54,245 bases of DNA from a virus (lineage: Duplodnaviria > Caudoviricetes). The stretch lies in IMG/VR virus record IMGVR_UViG_3300048073_000020, positions 1 to 54,245 of that record, one strand, 5' to 3'. How positions within the stretch are numbered: position 1 is the first letter of the stretch; each line of letters opens with the position of its first letter. A program made the position numbers and the translations under genes. The notes below the pieces were generated by a model. The model made no database searches, had not been told where the DNA came from, and saw only the letters and a program-made list of their open reading frames with translations. This document shows positions 28,097 to 37,351 of this stretch, piece by piece.

Positions 28097-29790
28097 TGAA
28101 GCACGCACGCATTGCCCTAGCAGCTCTTGCACTGACGGTTGCGTCAGTCGTCAACGCTGCTACGTTTAATTTGTTCCAGCCGGCGAACGGTATCTTAGTC
28201 GGCAACCCTTCGACGTATGTGACCACTGCGGCCACATCCTCGACGGTTATCTCGTTGTGGTCTGGCACTTGTAACTCTTCGACGTTCTTGCGCGGCGATG
28301 GTGCCTGCGCGGCGGCCGGTGGCAACCCTGCCGGCACGTCGGGGCAAATGCAGTACAACAACGGCGGCGTGTTTGCCGGCGCGAAACTTTACTACGATCC
28401 GAACTACGTCGGCGCGGGCATCCCTGCGTTCACGCTAGGCGACGGCGCGAATGCAACGGCCGCCGTATTTGGCCCGACCGCAGCGAACGCGACCTCGGCC
28501 GGCGGCACGCTCGTCGTAAAGGGTGCAGCCGGTGGCGCGACCTCGGGTAACGGTGGCGCGGTTCAATACAACGGCGGCGACGCGACGAGCGGCACCGGCG
28601 GCACGGCTACACTGTCGGGCGGCGCAGGTACGCTCGGCGGCAATGTGATGATTGCCGGCGGCATCGGCGGTGCCGGTGGCGTGCTCGACTTTTGGACGGC
28701 CGGCAGCTCGCGATTGCAGATTGCTGGCAACGGCGAATGGACCGTCAGCGGTGACACGGGTAGCGCGTCGCAGGTTCTCACATGGGGCGCGAGCGGCCCG
28801 ACTTGGGAAACGCCTACCGGTGGCGTCAGTCTCGGCGGCACTAACACATGGACCGCGCAGAATACTTGGTCGAACGCTACGCCCGCGTTGCGCTTGTTTA
28901 CTACTGGCGCGGCAACGGATCGCAAAGACATTCGCCTCGAAGCTTCGGCGTCGGGTCAACTGCAGTTGAACTCGTACACCGATGCCGGGTCGCTAATGAA
29001 CTCGCTCATTATCGCGAGTCGCGCTTCGGGCGGTTTCACTACGACGACGTTCGGCCACAATAACGGCACCGTCAACGTCGCGGGTACTTCGCTTGTGCTG
29101 CAGGCGAACGGCGGCAGCCGAATGACGGTTGCGTCTAACGGGCAAATCACAACCGCAGCGCCGTCGGCTGGCGGCCCTGGCTTCACCATCAACGGCCCGA
29201 GCGTCAACGGCATGTCGTTGTATGTTCACGGCGACGCTGGCACCGGCACCTCGAACGGTGTGCAAATCGACGCCGGCACGAACGCCAGCGATGCCGCGTT
29301 GACGGTGCAGGACGTGACGGCCTCGACGAACTTCCTAACCATCGACGGCGCAGGTAGCGCGACAATGGGCAACGCGCAGACGGCGCAGGGCGCTGGCACG
29401 TTGAACGCGGGCGGCCTGTACGTGGCCGGCAACGCAGTTTGCCAAGCGAACGGCACGAATTGCCCGGCACCGGGCGGCACGTCGCTCGTGCCTCGCAGCT
29501 TTTCTACGACCGACAACACGCAATCGACCGACTGTGGCAAGGTGCTCTTGTTCACCGGTGCGGGCTCGCAGACTCTTACGCTTGATTCCGACCCCGCTGT
29601 AAACTGCGTGCTTACCATCGTCAACGCGGGCTCGGGCTCGCTGTCGGTCGCGGCAACGGCGCTTAGTTGGTACAACGGGTCGGGCACCATCGGCAGCGGT
29701 ACGCGAACGATTGCAGTCGGTGCCGTGGTGACTGCGACCGTGTTTACGACGTTGGGCTCTTGGTCGATTTGGGGCGGTGGCATTCTATGA
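28093..29790 (+). CDS. Gly/Thr-rich fibre/adhesin-like protein with Sec-type signal peptide
   Basis: MMKHARIALAALALTVASVVNA-A; SSTFLRGDG, GTSGQMQYNNGG, QVLTWGASGPTW fibre-like motifs; 6 Cys in three local pairs. Confidence 0.75.
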   Translation: MMKHARIALAALALTVASVVNAATFNLFQPANGILVGNPSTYVTTAATSSTVISLWSGTCNSSTFLRGDGACAAAGGNPAGTSGQMQYNNGGVFAGAKLYYDPNYVGAGIPAFTLGDGANATAAVFGPTAANATSAGGTLVVKGAAGGATSGNGGAVQYNGGDATSGTGGTATLSGGAGTLGGNVMIAGGIGGAGGVLDFWTAGSSRLQIAGNGEWTVSGDTGSASQVLTWGASGPTWETPTGGVSLGGTNTWTAQNTWSNATPALRLFTTGAATDRKDIRLEASASGQLQLNSYTDAGSLMNSLIIASRASGGFTTTTFGHNNGTVNVAGTSLVLQANGGSRMTVASNGQITTAAPSAGGPGFTINGPSVNGMSLYVHGDAGTGTSNGVQIDAGTNASDAALTVQDVTASTNFLTIDGAGSATMGNAQTAQGAGTLNAGGLYVAGNAVCQANGTNCPAPGGTSLVPRSFSTTDNTQSTDCGKVLLFTGAGSQTLTLDSDPAVNCVLTIVNAGSGSLSVAATALSWYNGSGTIGSGTRTIAVGAVVTATVFTTLGSWSIWGGGIL

Positions 29791-30293
29791 AAAAGTTTGC
29801 ACTCTTCGTTCTCGCTGCGCTGCTGCCGATTGCGTCAGCCACACCGCAAGCAATGTCGTATGCGACCCCGACGCAGGTCTTAGCGTCTGGTTACATCACT
29901 GTCGGCAGTGCGAGCGGATTCACCGGTTACAAGGCCGGCAATCTGATTTGCACCGGTATCAATACGCTTGCCGGCTCGTACACCACGACGCAGGGTACAA
30001 GCTCGCTTGCAATGAATAACTTCGGCATCTCGTGCGCGATGTCGCTGTCGGGCACTTACGATTTCCTGATCGGCTCGAATCAAAGCCAGCCGCAAAATTA
30101 TTTCAGCTACATACGAGTAGTCGATACGGCGGGCTCGGTGCGCATCTACACCTCGGCCTCGGCGACCTACAACACCTCGGGCTCGTTTCGCTCGTGGCGG
30201 TGGGGCACCGGGTCGTCGATGGTCTTCACGGGCACTTGCACCGGTGGCGGTGGCCCTGGCGGCAACTCTTGCTTGATGACAATTTTTCGGTGA
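29787..30293 (+). CDS. exported beta-rich protein
   Basis: MKKFALFVLAALLPIASA-T; 4 Cys; ATGA overlap. Confidence 0.7.
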   Translation: MKKFALFVLAALLPIASATPQAMSYATPTQVLASGYITVGSASGFTGYKAGNLICTGINTLAGSYTTTQGTSSLAMNNFGISCAMSLSGTYDFLIGSNQSQPQNYFSYIRVVDTAGSVRIYTSASATYNTSGSFRSWRWGTGSSMVFTGTCTGGGGPGGNSCLMTIFR

Positions 30294-30376
30294 CGCACGT
30301 CACAATTCCGGCAGATCGACGGCCGGGTAAATCTTACTAACGGTTCAGTGATAACCCTCGGCGCGGATTAGCGACA

Positions 30377-30694
30377 ATGAACGAGCAGACACAACAAGCA
30401 GTCTTTCGCGAATTGGGCTCAATGGACGCGCGCATAGGCAACATCGAAAACGACGTTTCGGAACACAAGGCAGATATGCGCGAGGTGAAGGCGGCGGTAG
30501 CTGCCATCCCCGCGCTGACTGCAAGCCTTGTGGATTTGCAAGCGTCGGTGAAAGTTCTCGTAGAACGCGGGCAGCAAGAAACCGGTGCGCGTCGCATGCT
30601 ATGGAAAGTCGGCGGGGCTGCCGGCACCGGCGGCGCGCTCTTGACTGCGGTCGGCCAATGGGTGACGGACCTCTTACACCGGGGCACGCCGTGA
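30377..30694 (+). CDS. coiled-coil protein with C-terminal hydrophobic segment, possible holin
   Basis: Directly upstream of endolysin candidate. Confidence 0.45.
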   Translation: MNEQTQQAVFRELGSMDARIGNIENDVSEHKADMREVKAAVAAIPALTASLVDLQASVKVLVERGQQETGARRMLWKVGGAAGTGGALLTAVGQWVTDLLHRGTP

Positions 30695-31170
30695 ACCTCG
30701 CCGATATCCGCGACTACGTGGTGCGCCCGGCCTTGTGGGCACTCGGGCTTGACCAGCCGGCGCGCGTGCAGCTCGTTATAGGAACGGGCGGCACCGAGTC
30801 GGGGTACAACTACCTCGACCAGACGACGCCCGGCCCTGGCCCCGCTTACGGCTTCTGGCAAATGGAAAAGGCGACCCACGACGACTTGTGGCGCAACTTC
30901 ATCAACTACCAGCCGAGCGCGTTCCGCGACACGCTCTTGCAGCTCGCTGGCACCTCGCGCGTTCCGCCCGAGGTCACGGTCATGCACTGGAATCTTCGTT
31001 ACGCGGCGGCGATGTGCGGCGTGCATTATCGACGTTTGAAAGCAGCGCTGCCCGCCGAGGGTGACGCGCAAGCGATGGCGGCCTACTGGAAACAGTTCTA
31101 CAACACGCCGCAGGGCAAGGGTACAATCGCGAAGGCACTACCCTATTTCCAAGAGGCTTGCAAACTATGA
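30691..31170 (+). CDS. putative endolysin (lysozyme-like fold)
   Basis: TESG..GPAYGFWQME..YWKQFYNTPQGKG; lysis-cassette position. Confidence 0.6.
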   Translation: MNLADIRDYVVRPALWALGLDQPARVQLVIGTGGTESGYNYLDQTTPGPGPAYGFWQMEKATHDDLWRNFINYQPSAFRDTLLQLAGTSRVPPEVTVMHWNLRYAAAMCGVHYRRLKAALPAEGDAQAMAAYWKQFYNTPQGKGTIAKALPYFQEACKL

Positions 31171-31586
31171 AACGCTTACTGCTCGTTGCTGCCGCGCTCG
31201 TCGGTCTAGCCGGTTGCGCATCCACACCCGACGGCCAAGACAAGGAACGGTTCGCGGTCGAGACTGGCATCGTGCTCGTGCTCGAAAACAGCTCGCAGCC
31301 GGCGCAGCGCGCGGCCGAGATTGTGGACACCATCGACAAGTTGCAAAACATGCTCACGCAAGAGCAGACGACCGTCGGCGACCTGCGTAGCGCCCTCTTG
31401 AAGCGCATCGGCGAGCGTAGCCTATCGCCGGGCGAAAAAGCGCTCGCGCTGCAGGTTGCGGGGCGGATCGCCGAGCAGATCGAAACACGAGTCGGTAAAG
31501 GTTACATGTCGGCCGATTCTGTGATATCAATCGACCGGGTGCTCGGGTGGGCCGAGAACATGGCGGCACTGTATGTTTCTGACTGA
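31167..31586 (+). CDS. lipoprotein, possible lysis accessory
   Basis: MKRLLLVAAALVGLAGC lipobox. Confidence 0.7.
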   Translation: MKRLLLVAAALVGLAGCASTPDGQDKERFAVETGIVLVLENSSQPAQRAAEIVDTIDKLQNMLTQEQTTVGDLRSALLKRIGERSLSPGEKALALQVAGRIAEQIETRVGKGYMSADSVISIDRVLGWAENMAALYVSD

Positions 31587-31971
31587 TTTAGACCTGCGAG
31601 CAACTGCACCGGGCTACGGTCGGTTGCTCGCGCCTCTCGTGTGGGGCGACCTGCGTTACGGCACCGTCGTCATTCCTGCCGGCACCGACACCGACCTCGG
31701 CAGCACCCCGCAAATGCTGCGACGGTTCCGGGCGTTCGATCCCTGGCACACGGGCCGCAAGGCCGCCGTCGTACACGACTACCTTTACCGCAACGGCAAA
31801 TGGCCCGACGGCCGCGTCTGCAGCCGCGCAGACGCCGACGAGTTCTTGCGGGTCGCGATGGTCGCCGAGGGTTACAGCGCGTCCGTGGCGCGTTCGTGGT
31901 GGCTTGGCGTGCGTTCCTGCGGCTGGCTGCCGTGGCGCGACTACCGCAACGCCGAGCAGAAAATCGCTTAA
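31573..31971 (+). CDS. DUF1353-like protein
   Basis: IPAGTDTDLGSTP, AAVVHDYLY, SRADADEF. Confidence 0.7.
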   Translation: MFLTDLDLRATAPGYGRLLAPLVWGDLRYGTVVIPAGTDTDLGSTPQMLRRFRAFDPWHTGRKAAVVHDYLYRNGKWPDGRVCSRADADEFLRVAMVAEGYSASVARSWWLGVRSCGWLPWRDYRNAEQKIA

Positions 31972-32006
31972 CATATAACAGCCGGTCATGCCCGGCTGTA
32001 TTCTGT
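31971..32006 (+). repeat. 36-bp palindrome copy B: ACATATAACAGCCGG-TCATGC-CCGGCTGTATTCTGT
   Basis: Matches copies A and C; at a convergent gene junction. Confidence 0.75.
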
Positions 32007-32492
32007 TAACTTAGTTTCTTTACTTAGATATAACGGGTGCCTCGGGTGCCCGGCCTTGGTCGTGCCGAGGCACATCACCGGCTTGCCGATGGTCTGCAGC
32101 ATCCGCGCCGGAATCGCTGGGCAGACGAACGAATGCGCGCCCCAAGCGACGACGACCGTTTCGGCGACCGTTGCCATGTTCCGCACATACACGTCGTTCA
32201 ACGGCCCTATAGGGTCTTCCGCGCGCTGCAGCTCGTCGGGGTCGGTGGCCCGAAATGAGTACAGGTTGCCGACCGCGAGCCCGTCGTAACCCCACGCTCG
32301 CGAGAACCCGATAATGCGCTCGATGGTCCGGTCGTCAAGGAAGGCGTTCGCGGTGCTCGGGTTGAGCATCACCCACAACACCCACCGCTTCGGGTGCTCG
32401 ACCCACCAACGATGCAACGACGTGCGGTAGCGCCCGCATGTGCTTATCGTGGCCGCTCGCCGAATCTGTACTGCAATTGCTTCGTGTAACAC
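31986..32492 (-). CDS. DUF1643-like protein
   Basis: CGRYR, WVMLNPSTA, NLYSFRATDP, VVAWG, GHPRHPLY. Confidence 0.8.
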   Translation of the reverse strand: MLHEAIAVQIRRAATISTCGRYRTSLHRWWVEHPKRWVLWVMLNPSTANAFLDDRTIERIIGFSRAWGYDGLAVGNLYSFRATDPDELQRAEDPIGPLNDVYVRNMATVAETVVVAWGAHSFVCPAIPARMLQTIGKPVMCLGTTKAGHPRHPLYLSKETKLTEYSRA

Positions 32493-32515
32493 GCTGACAG
32501 CCTCGTTAGTAAAAC

Positions 32516-32605
32516 CACACGGCCCCGTTCATTGCAGGGTGGATTAAGCGGCCTTCGTCCGGGCGGGTGCTCATAACACCCGAACCCCCGGAACCGCACC
32601 GTGTG
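32516..32605 (-). other. nested inverted repeats; possible structured RNA or terminator
   Basis: Minus strand: outer CACACGG/CCGTGTG followed by GTTTT; inner CGGGTG/CACCCG and CCGG/CCGG stems. Confidence 0.35.
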
Positions 32606-32619
32606 CAATCACCGCCCCT

Positions 32620-32850
32620 TTACGCGGCTTTTTGTTCGAGTCGGTAGCCGACGCCCCGCACGGTCGAAATCGTGGCCGTATCGCCGAGCTTCACGCGAAG
32701 CCTGCGCACGAACACCTCGATGCCGTTCGAGTTCGTCTGCTTTCCATCGGGGTACAGCGCAACGAATATTTCGTCGCGCGTCACCGTCTCGCCCTGCTTT
32801 TTCTGCAGGGCTTCAAAGATCAATCGTTCGAAGTTCGTCAAGTTGTCCAT
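32620..32850 (-). CDS. stand-alone OmpR/PhoB-type winged-helix DNA-binding domain
   Basis: LTNFERLIFEAL..GETVTRDEI..SNGIEVFVRRLRVKL..ISTVRGVGYRL. Confidence 0.85.
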   Translation of the reverse strand: MDNLTNFERLIFEALQKKQGETVTRDEIFVALYPDGKQTNSNGIEVFVRRLRVKLGDTATISTVRGVGYRLEQKAA

Positions 32851-32867
32851 GTCTGCAAGTTCCTCGG

Positions 32868-34412
32868 TTAAGCGGCCTTTCGTTCCTCGTCGCGTCGTTC
32901 CTCGATCAGATGCAGCGACACTTTAGCGCGCGTCACAGCAACGTAACAAAGGTTACGCTCTTGCTGCTGCTGCCATTCCTGCTTAGCCCACGGGCTCGGG
33001 CACTGCGAAGAGTTCAACCAGAATACGCGCTCGGCTTCGAGCCCCTTCGCCTTGTGGATCGTTGCCAGGACCACGCCGGCCGAGTAGTCGGAGAACAACG
33101 CGTCGATAGCGTCGAGCACCGCCGGCACCGTGCGATTCGTTTCGGGCAGCGACTCGATGATAACGAGCAGCGCTGCCGTTTTATCTGCAATCGCTTCGGC
33201 CTTCGCCTCTTGTTTCTTCGCGATGCACTTCTCGACCTCGCGAGCGGTGTACGCGTTCAACTTCTCGACGAGCCGGTCAACACCCTTTGCGCGCATCTTG
33301 TTGACGAGCGCCGACAAGCCTTTGCCGATTTCGCGGCCCATGATGCGCGCCGGCACGCGGGCTTTAATCAACTGGTAGGCCAGCGAGATAAGCGGGCGAG
33401 TCGTGCGGCAGACAACGAGGTCGCCCGACTCGAACGTCTTCGGCGTCCAAGCCGTGTCGAGCTTGTTGACGGAACCGTCAGCGGCACCCGGCGCGGCTTC
33501 GATGTGCGCCGCCCACTTGCGGGCGAACTGCACGACGTTGTTCGGGCAGCGGTAGGAAACCGTCAACGGCAGCTCGATTGCATCGAACTCGGCAGCGAAC
33601 CGCGCCATGCTGTCGGAGTCGGCACCGCGAAAGCCGTAGATAGACTGCGCAGGGTCGCCGACGCCGATGATGCGGGTGCGTGGGTGCATAATCTTGCGGA
33701 TGACTGCGATTTGAATCGCGTTCGTGTCCTGCAGCTCGTCAACGAATACGAAATCGAACTTAGGCAGCGTGAGGCCGTCGCGCACCGACAGGTAGAGCAT
33801 ATCGTCGAAATCCACGAGCGGCGAGGCGTTCGAGGCTTCGAGCGTCTGCGAGGCGAGCTGCAGCGCGCGCTCTATGCGGGCTTCCTCGTGGTCGAGTTCG
33901 AGGTCGTGGTGCTCGACCAACGCGAGCCAATTGTCGGGCGTATCAATCTGCAAGCAGCCGATGCCGGCGTTACGACCGAGGCTGACGAGCCGGGCAACGA
34001 AGCTGCCGTAGCGCTCGCGTTCTTCGCCGGTCATGGTCGCGTCGATAATCTGCTGCAGCTTGTTGGCGGTGGGGTCTTTCTGGCGCTTGTGGCGCATGAC
34101 TGCCCCGAACGTCAGCGAGTGAAACGTGCGGGCGTTGACACCCTTCGCCTTGAGTTCGTCGGCTATCGACTTGTTGAACGCCAACACGACGGCGTTCGCC
34201 ATGCCAGTGCGGCGCACGGCTTCCTCGATGGTGGTCGATTTGCCGCAGCCGGCGACACCGATCACAACACCGTTACGCTTGCCGTTAAAGGCGGCGTCGA
34301 GGTCGGGCTGCGTCGCGGCGACGAAATCGAAAATGCGGGTTTGGTAGGCCGACCACACTTTAGCCTTCGGGGGTGTGGGGGCGGGCGGCAGGGGCATCTG
34401 GCGGATCAGCAT
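32868..34412 (-). CDS. SF1 (UvrD/Rep-like) DNA helicase
   Basis: GVAGCGKST, FVDELQD, VGDPAQSIYGFRGA, TIHKAKGLE, YVAVTRAK. Confidence 0.9.
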   Translation of the reverse strand: MLIRQMPLPPAPTPPKAKVWSAYQTRIFDFVAATQPDLDAAFNGKRNGVVIGVAGCGKSTTIEEAVRRTGMANAVVLAFNKSIADELKAKGVNARTFHSLTFGAVMRHKRQKDPTANKLQQIIDATMTGEERERYGSFVARLVSLGRNAGIGCLQIDTPDNWLALVEHHDLELDHEEARIERALQLASQTLEASNASPLVDFDDMLYLSVRDGLTLPKFDFVFVDELQDTNAIQIAVIRKIMHPRTRIIGVGDPAQSIYGFRGADSDSMARFAAEFDAIELPLTVSYRCPNNVVQFARKWAAHIEAAPGAADGSVNKLDTAWTPKTFESGDLVVCRTTRPLISLAYQLIKARVPARIMGREIGKGLSALVNKMRAKGVDRLVEKLNAYTAREVEKCIAKKQEAKAEAIADKTAALLVIIESLPETNRTVPAVLDAIDALFSDYSAGVVLATIHKAKGLEAERVFWLNSSQCPSPWAKQEWQQQQERNLCYVAVTRAKVSLHLIEERRDEERKAA

Positions 34413-34454
34413 GGCGAGGTATCCTCTAGTCGTGCTGCGGTTGAAAGTGGGGCC

Positions 34455-34500
34455 ATCTTGCCACTGACGGCCCCGTCAGTCTAGTAGTGCGTCACACTTT
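34455..34500 (-). promoter_or_regulatory. promoter/operator element: -10 CAAGAT (34455-60), palindrome 34463-80, -35 TAGACT (34478-83), TGTGA box (34492-96)
   Basis: 17-bp spacer, extended -10 TG; upstream of helicase. Confidence 0.8.
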
Positions 34501-36795
34501 TTAGTCTTCCCACTTCCCGTAACGCTCGGCTTCCCACGCGTCGGGCACCTTGACCGGCCAGGGCTGCCCGTCTTCGCAGACTGCCCACGACGGCAGCGAG
34601 TCGCGCACGATGCCGATGTATTCCTCTTTACTGCCGATACCGTAGGGAACCTCGGTTACGTTCTCGTCGTGCGTGTGCATTACGACCGGGTAGCCGCGAT
34701 GCTCAAGAGCGAGCAGCGCATCGGCTTGGATTTCCCGGCACATGTGGCTTACAACGTTTTGCGTCTGCACGCCGCCGTAGAGTTTCATTCGCGACCACCC
34801 GTAGGGCACGCCCTTCGATTGGTTGCTATTCCACCCCTCGTAACTTAGTTCGACTTCCCACGGTTCGGCGTACTCGCGAATCGATTTGCGCAAGCGTGGC
34901 GCGTGGTACTGAATCAAACCGCCCGACGGCGGCCGGCAATATAGAACGTCTTCGTGCATCTGATACAACACGCCCATGCGCGCGCCGGGCTTCGAGTTGT
35001 AGCAAGTGCCAGGGTTGAGCACCGCGCAGATTGCCGCGCCTTCGAGCCCGTAGAGTTCGGGGCGTGCCTGCGCGTAGCTGCCGTCGGGCGCTCGGTTGAA
35101 TTTGTTTCGTGTCTGGCCGCCCCACCCTTCGACGATGTTCGGTACGGTCTTCCACGTTCGCAAAATGATATCTTTGATAGCCCTATCGTCGCCGAACTTC
35201 TCGGCACCGAAACGTTTCCAGCCGCCGACCCACGCGCCGAAGTCGGTCGCGAGCACGGGGATTTTTCCGAACGTCTGGCGGTCTTCGTGATGTTTCTTAT
35301 TTTCGTTTTTGTACTGTACGTAATATTCGAGAGTCTTGCCGGTCAGCATGGCGGCCATCATCTCGTAGATTTTGCCGTGCGTCCTGAACACGTCGATGCG
35401 CCACTGCTCGTTGAACAAGCACGACGTGCCGACGGCTTGGATAGCCGAGAAGTCTGCAGATATCAGACGATGACCGGGCGCGGCGATGATTAGCGAACGC
35501 AAGCAGCTCGCGACGACTTCGAGCGGATCGACACCGGGGTATTCGTATTCGACGAGTTCGAGCGTGCGCCCTGCGATGACCGCGAGCGCGCGTTCGGCGT
35601 CGGCCGGTTTCTTGAACATGCCCGAGTAAAGGTTCGCGACCTGCACCGCTCGACCGTTCCACAATCCAGTGTGCGCGCCGTAGTAGACGTATTGATCGTG
35701 CAAGCGCCCGTGCCGTGTGGTGTGGGAACGGAACGCGAACAACTTTTTAACGCTGCCGAACGCGAGCATTTGCCGCAGTCGTAACACGCGCTGCACTTCG
35801 AGCGGGTAGTCTTTGCGCTGCAACGCTTCCTCTAATGTTTCTTCGTCGAGGTTGTACAACGTGACGCCACGGTGTGCCATCCAAACGAGAATTTTCTGCA
35901 CCTCGGATGTGTTCTTGACGGTGTAGTTAGTGAGGCGTTGCAGCTCGGCGTTATACTTCGCGAAGCACTGCTCGACGACCGCGATGCAATCCTCGACGGC
36001 CTTGCGATCTATCTGCATCCCGCGTTGGTTTATGCATAGGTCCATCATCCATATCGCAAGCTCGCGCGCTGACAGGTCGGGCAGTCGCATCGACGCCTCG
36101 GCCTCGGTGCGAATGTCCTGTCGGTTGTATTCGTAGAAGCGCTCGAAGTCTTCGCCGGCTGTGAACGGTGTCCAACGCAAGAGCGGGTTATCGCCCGTCG
36201 GTTTCTTCGGCACCGTCAGTTTCTTGATGAGCTTGTCGCCGGCCTCGTCTTTGCGCTCGTGCAAGTGAAGCACGTCGCCTACGTCTTCGAGTGCGCCGGG
36301 GTACGCGTTCGCTCGCGACTTCGCCATACAGCAACGGCACTGCACTACATACAACGGCGGCCAGCCGAGCACCGGCACGCAGTAGTAGTTCCAGACTGTG
36401 AACTCGAAGCCGATGTTAAAAGCTTCGAGCAGCCCGAGGCGTGCGACGTATTCGCAAAGCTCGCGAGGGTCGCAAAGGCGATGGTGCGGGGGCACGCGCA
36501 TGCCTGCGCAGAAGTCTGGCCGCCACCATCGGCGGCCCTTGCCGTCTTTCAAATCCCACGACAGCGAAAGAATTTCGAACGTCGGGTGCTCGACGTAGTT
36601 GCGCGCACCGACTGCGCCTAGCCCTTTATTCTCTTTGCCGAGCCCTGGCGGTGCGACCCATTTCTTACCGATGCTGTCGTAAACGTACCCGGCCTCGCTG
36701 TATGTTTCGAAGTCGAAGTCGGGTAGGACAGTCGCGTAACCGAGGCCGGCGGCGACGAGCGTGCCGGCTCGGTATGATTCCCACGGGTGCGACAT
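34501..36795 (-). CDS. phage family A DNA polymerase with 3'-5' exonuclease domain
   Basis: ExoI DFETYS, ExoII AFNIGFE, motif A ADFSAIQ, motif B RQTFGK, motif C HTHDE. Confidence 0.88.
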   Translation of the reverse strand: MSHPWESYRAGTLVAAGLGYATVLPDFDFETYSEAGYVYDSIGKKWVAPPGLGKENKGLGAVGARNYVEHPTFEILSLSWDLKDGKGRRWWRPDFCAGMRVPPHHRLCDPRELCEYVARLGLLEAFNIGFEFTVWNYYCVPVLGWPPLYVVQCRCCMAKSRANAYPGALEDVGDVLHLHERKDEAGDKLIKKLTVPKKPTGDNPLLRWTPFTAGEDFERFYEYNRQDIRTEAEASMRLPDLSARELAIWMMDLCINQRGMQIDRKAVEDCIAVVEQCFAKYNAELQRLTNYTVKNTSEVQKILVWMAHRGVTLYNLDEETLEEALQRKDYPLEVQRVLRLRQMLAFGSVKKLFAFRSHTTRHGRLHDQYVYYGAHTGLWNGRAVQVANLYSGMFKKPADAERALAVIAGRTLELVEYEYPGVDPLEVVASCLRSLIIAAPGHRLISADFSAIQAVGTSCLFNEQWRIDVFRTHGKIYEMMAAMLTGKTLEYYVQYKNENKKHHEDRQTFGKIPVLATDFGAWVGGWKRFGAEKFGDDRAIKDIILRTWKTVPNIVEGWGGQTRNKFNRAPDGSYAQARPELYGLEGAAICAVLNPGTCYNSKPGARMGVLYQMHEDVLYCRPPSGGLIQYHAPRLRKSIREYAEPWEVELSYEGWNSNQSKGVPYGWSRMKLYGGVQTQNVVSHMCREIQADALLALEHRGYPVVMHTHDENVTEVPYGIGSKEEYIGIVRDSLPSWAVCEDGQPWPVKVPDAWEAERYGKWED

Positions 36796-37211
36796 TACAG
36801 ATTTTCGAACGGGTACAACGCTGCGAACTTGTTCAACTCTTCGAGGGCGGCTTCGGGCGTAGCAAACAACAACGCCTCGCGAACCTTGACGGCGGCGCGT
36901 GAAATATCGTCGTGCTCAAGTTTCAGCCGCTTGACCTCGGCCTCGATCATCGCCGAGCGCTTGGTGTTGTACTCTTGAATCGTTTTCTGCGCGCGAATCA
37001 CTCGGGCCGGCGTTTTGAATTTCTTGTCGATATCCCAACGCTTGCGCGCGGCCCCGCTCTTGATGCTGTCTATGCGGTCTTTGATATATCGCCGCTGCTG
37101 CTGATTGGTCAACGCCTTGCCCGTACATGGCCCCGGCGCAACTTTGTCGTGCGGGGTCTTACAGTTCTTGCAGGGGTCGCCGATGTGACTGCGTGTTTTC
37201 GGTGTGCTCAT
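36795..37211 (-). CDS. hypothetical basic protein with N-terminal Cys/His cluster
   Basis: TAATG coupling to polymerase; CKNCKTPH..C. Confidence 0.65.
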   Translation of the reverse strand: MSTPKTRSHIGDPCKNCKTPHDKVAPGPCTGKALTNQQQRRYIKDRIDSIKSGAARKRWDIDKKFKTPARVIRAQKTIQEYNTKRSAMIEAEVKRLKLEHDDISRAAVKVREALLFATPEAALEELNKFAALYPFENL

Positions 37212-37273
37212 GTTGTCGCCCTTGCGTCTACGCCCCGCGCCGAGGGCGCGCGGGGTTTCGACGGGTCTGTCAG

Positions 37274-37351
37274 TTAGAACGGAATGTCGTCGTCGAGCGG
37301 TGTCGAGTCGTTCAACATCGACACCCTCGGCAATGCGAACCCCGTTACGTT
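37274..37351 (-). CDS. +1-frame SSB C-terminal tail NVTGFALPRVSMLNDSTPLDDDIPF (frameshift extension, or 14-aa micropeptide from ATG 37318)
   Basis: Translated by hand; ends DDDIPF-stop; follows CTT-TAA-C. Confidence 0.6.
   Translation of the reverse strand, partial: NVTGFALPRVSMLNDSTPLDDDIPF

Noticed and set aside
32516-32605. tRNA gene
   Set aside because: Stem arrangement does not fit a cloverleaf; no properly placed T-loop or CCA
32601-34484. 627-aa plus-strand ORF
   Set aside because: Antisense to the SF1 helicase, which has clear motifs
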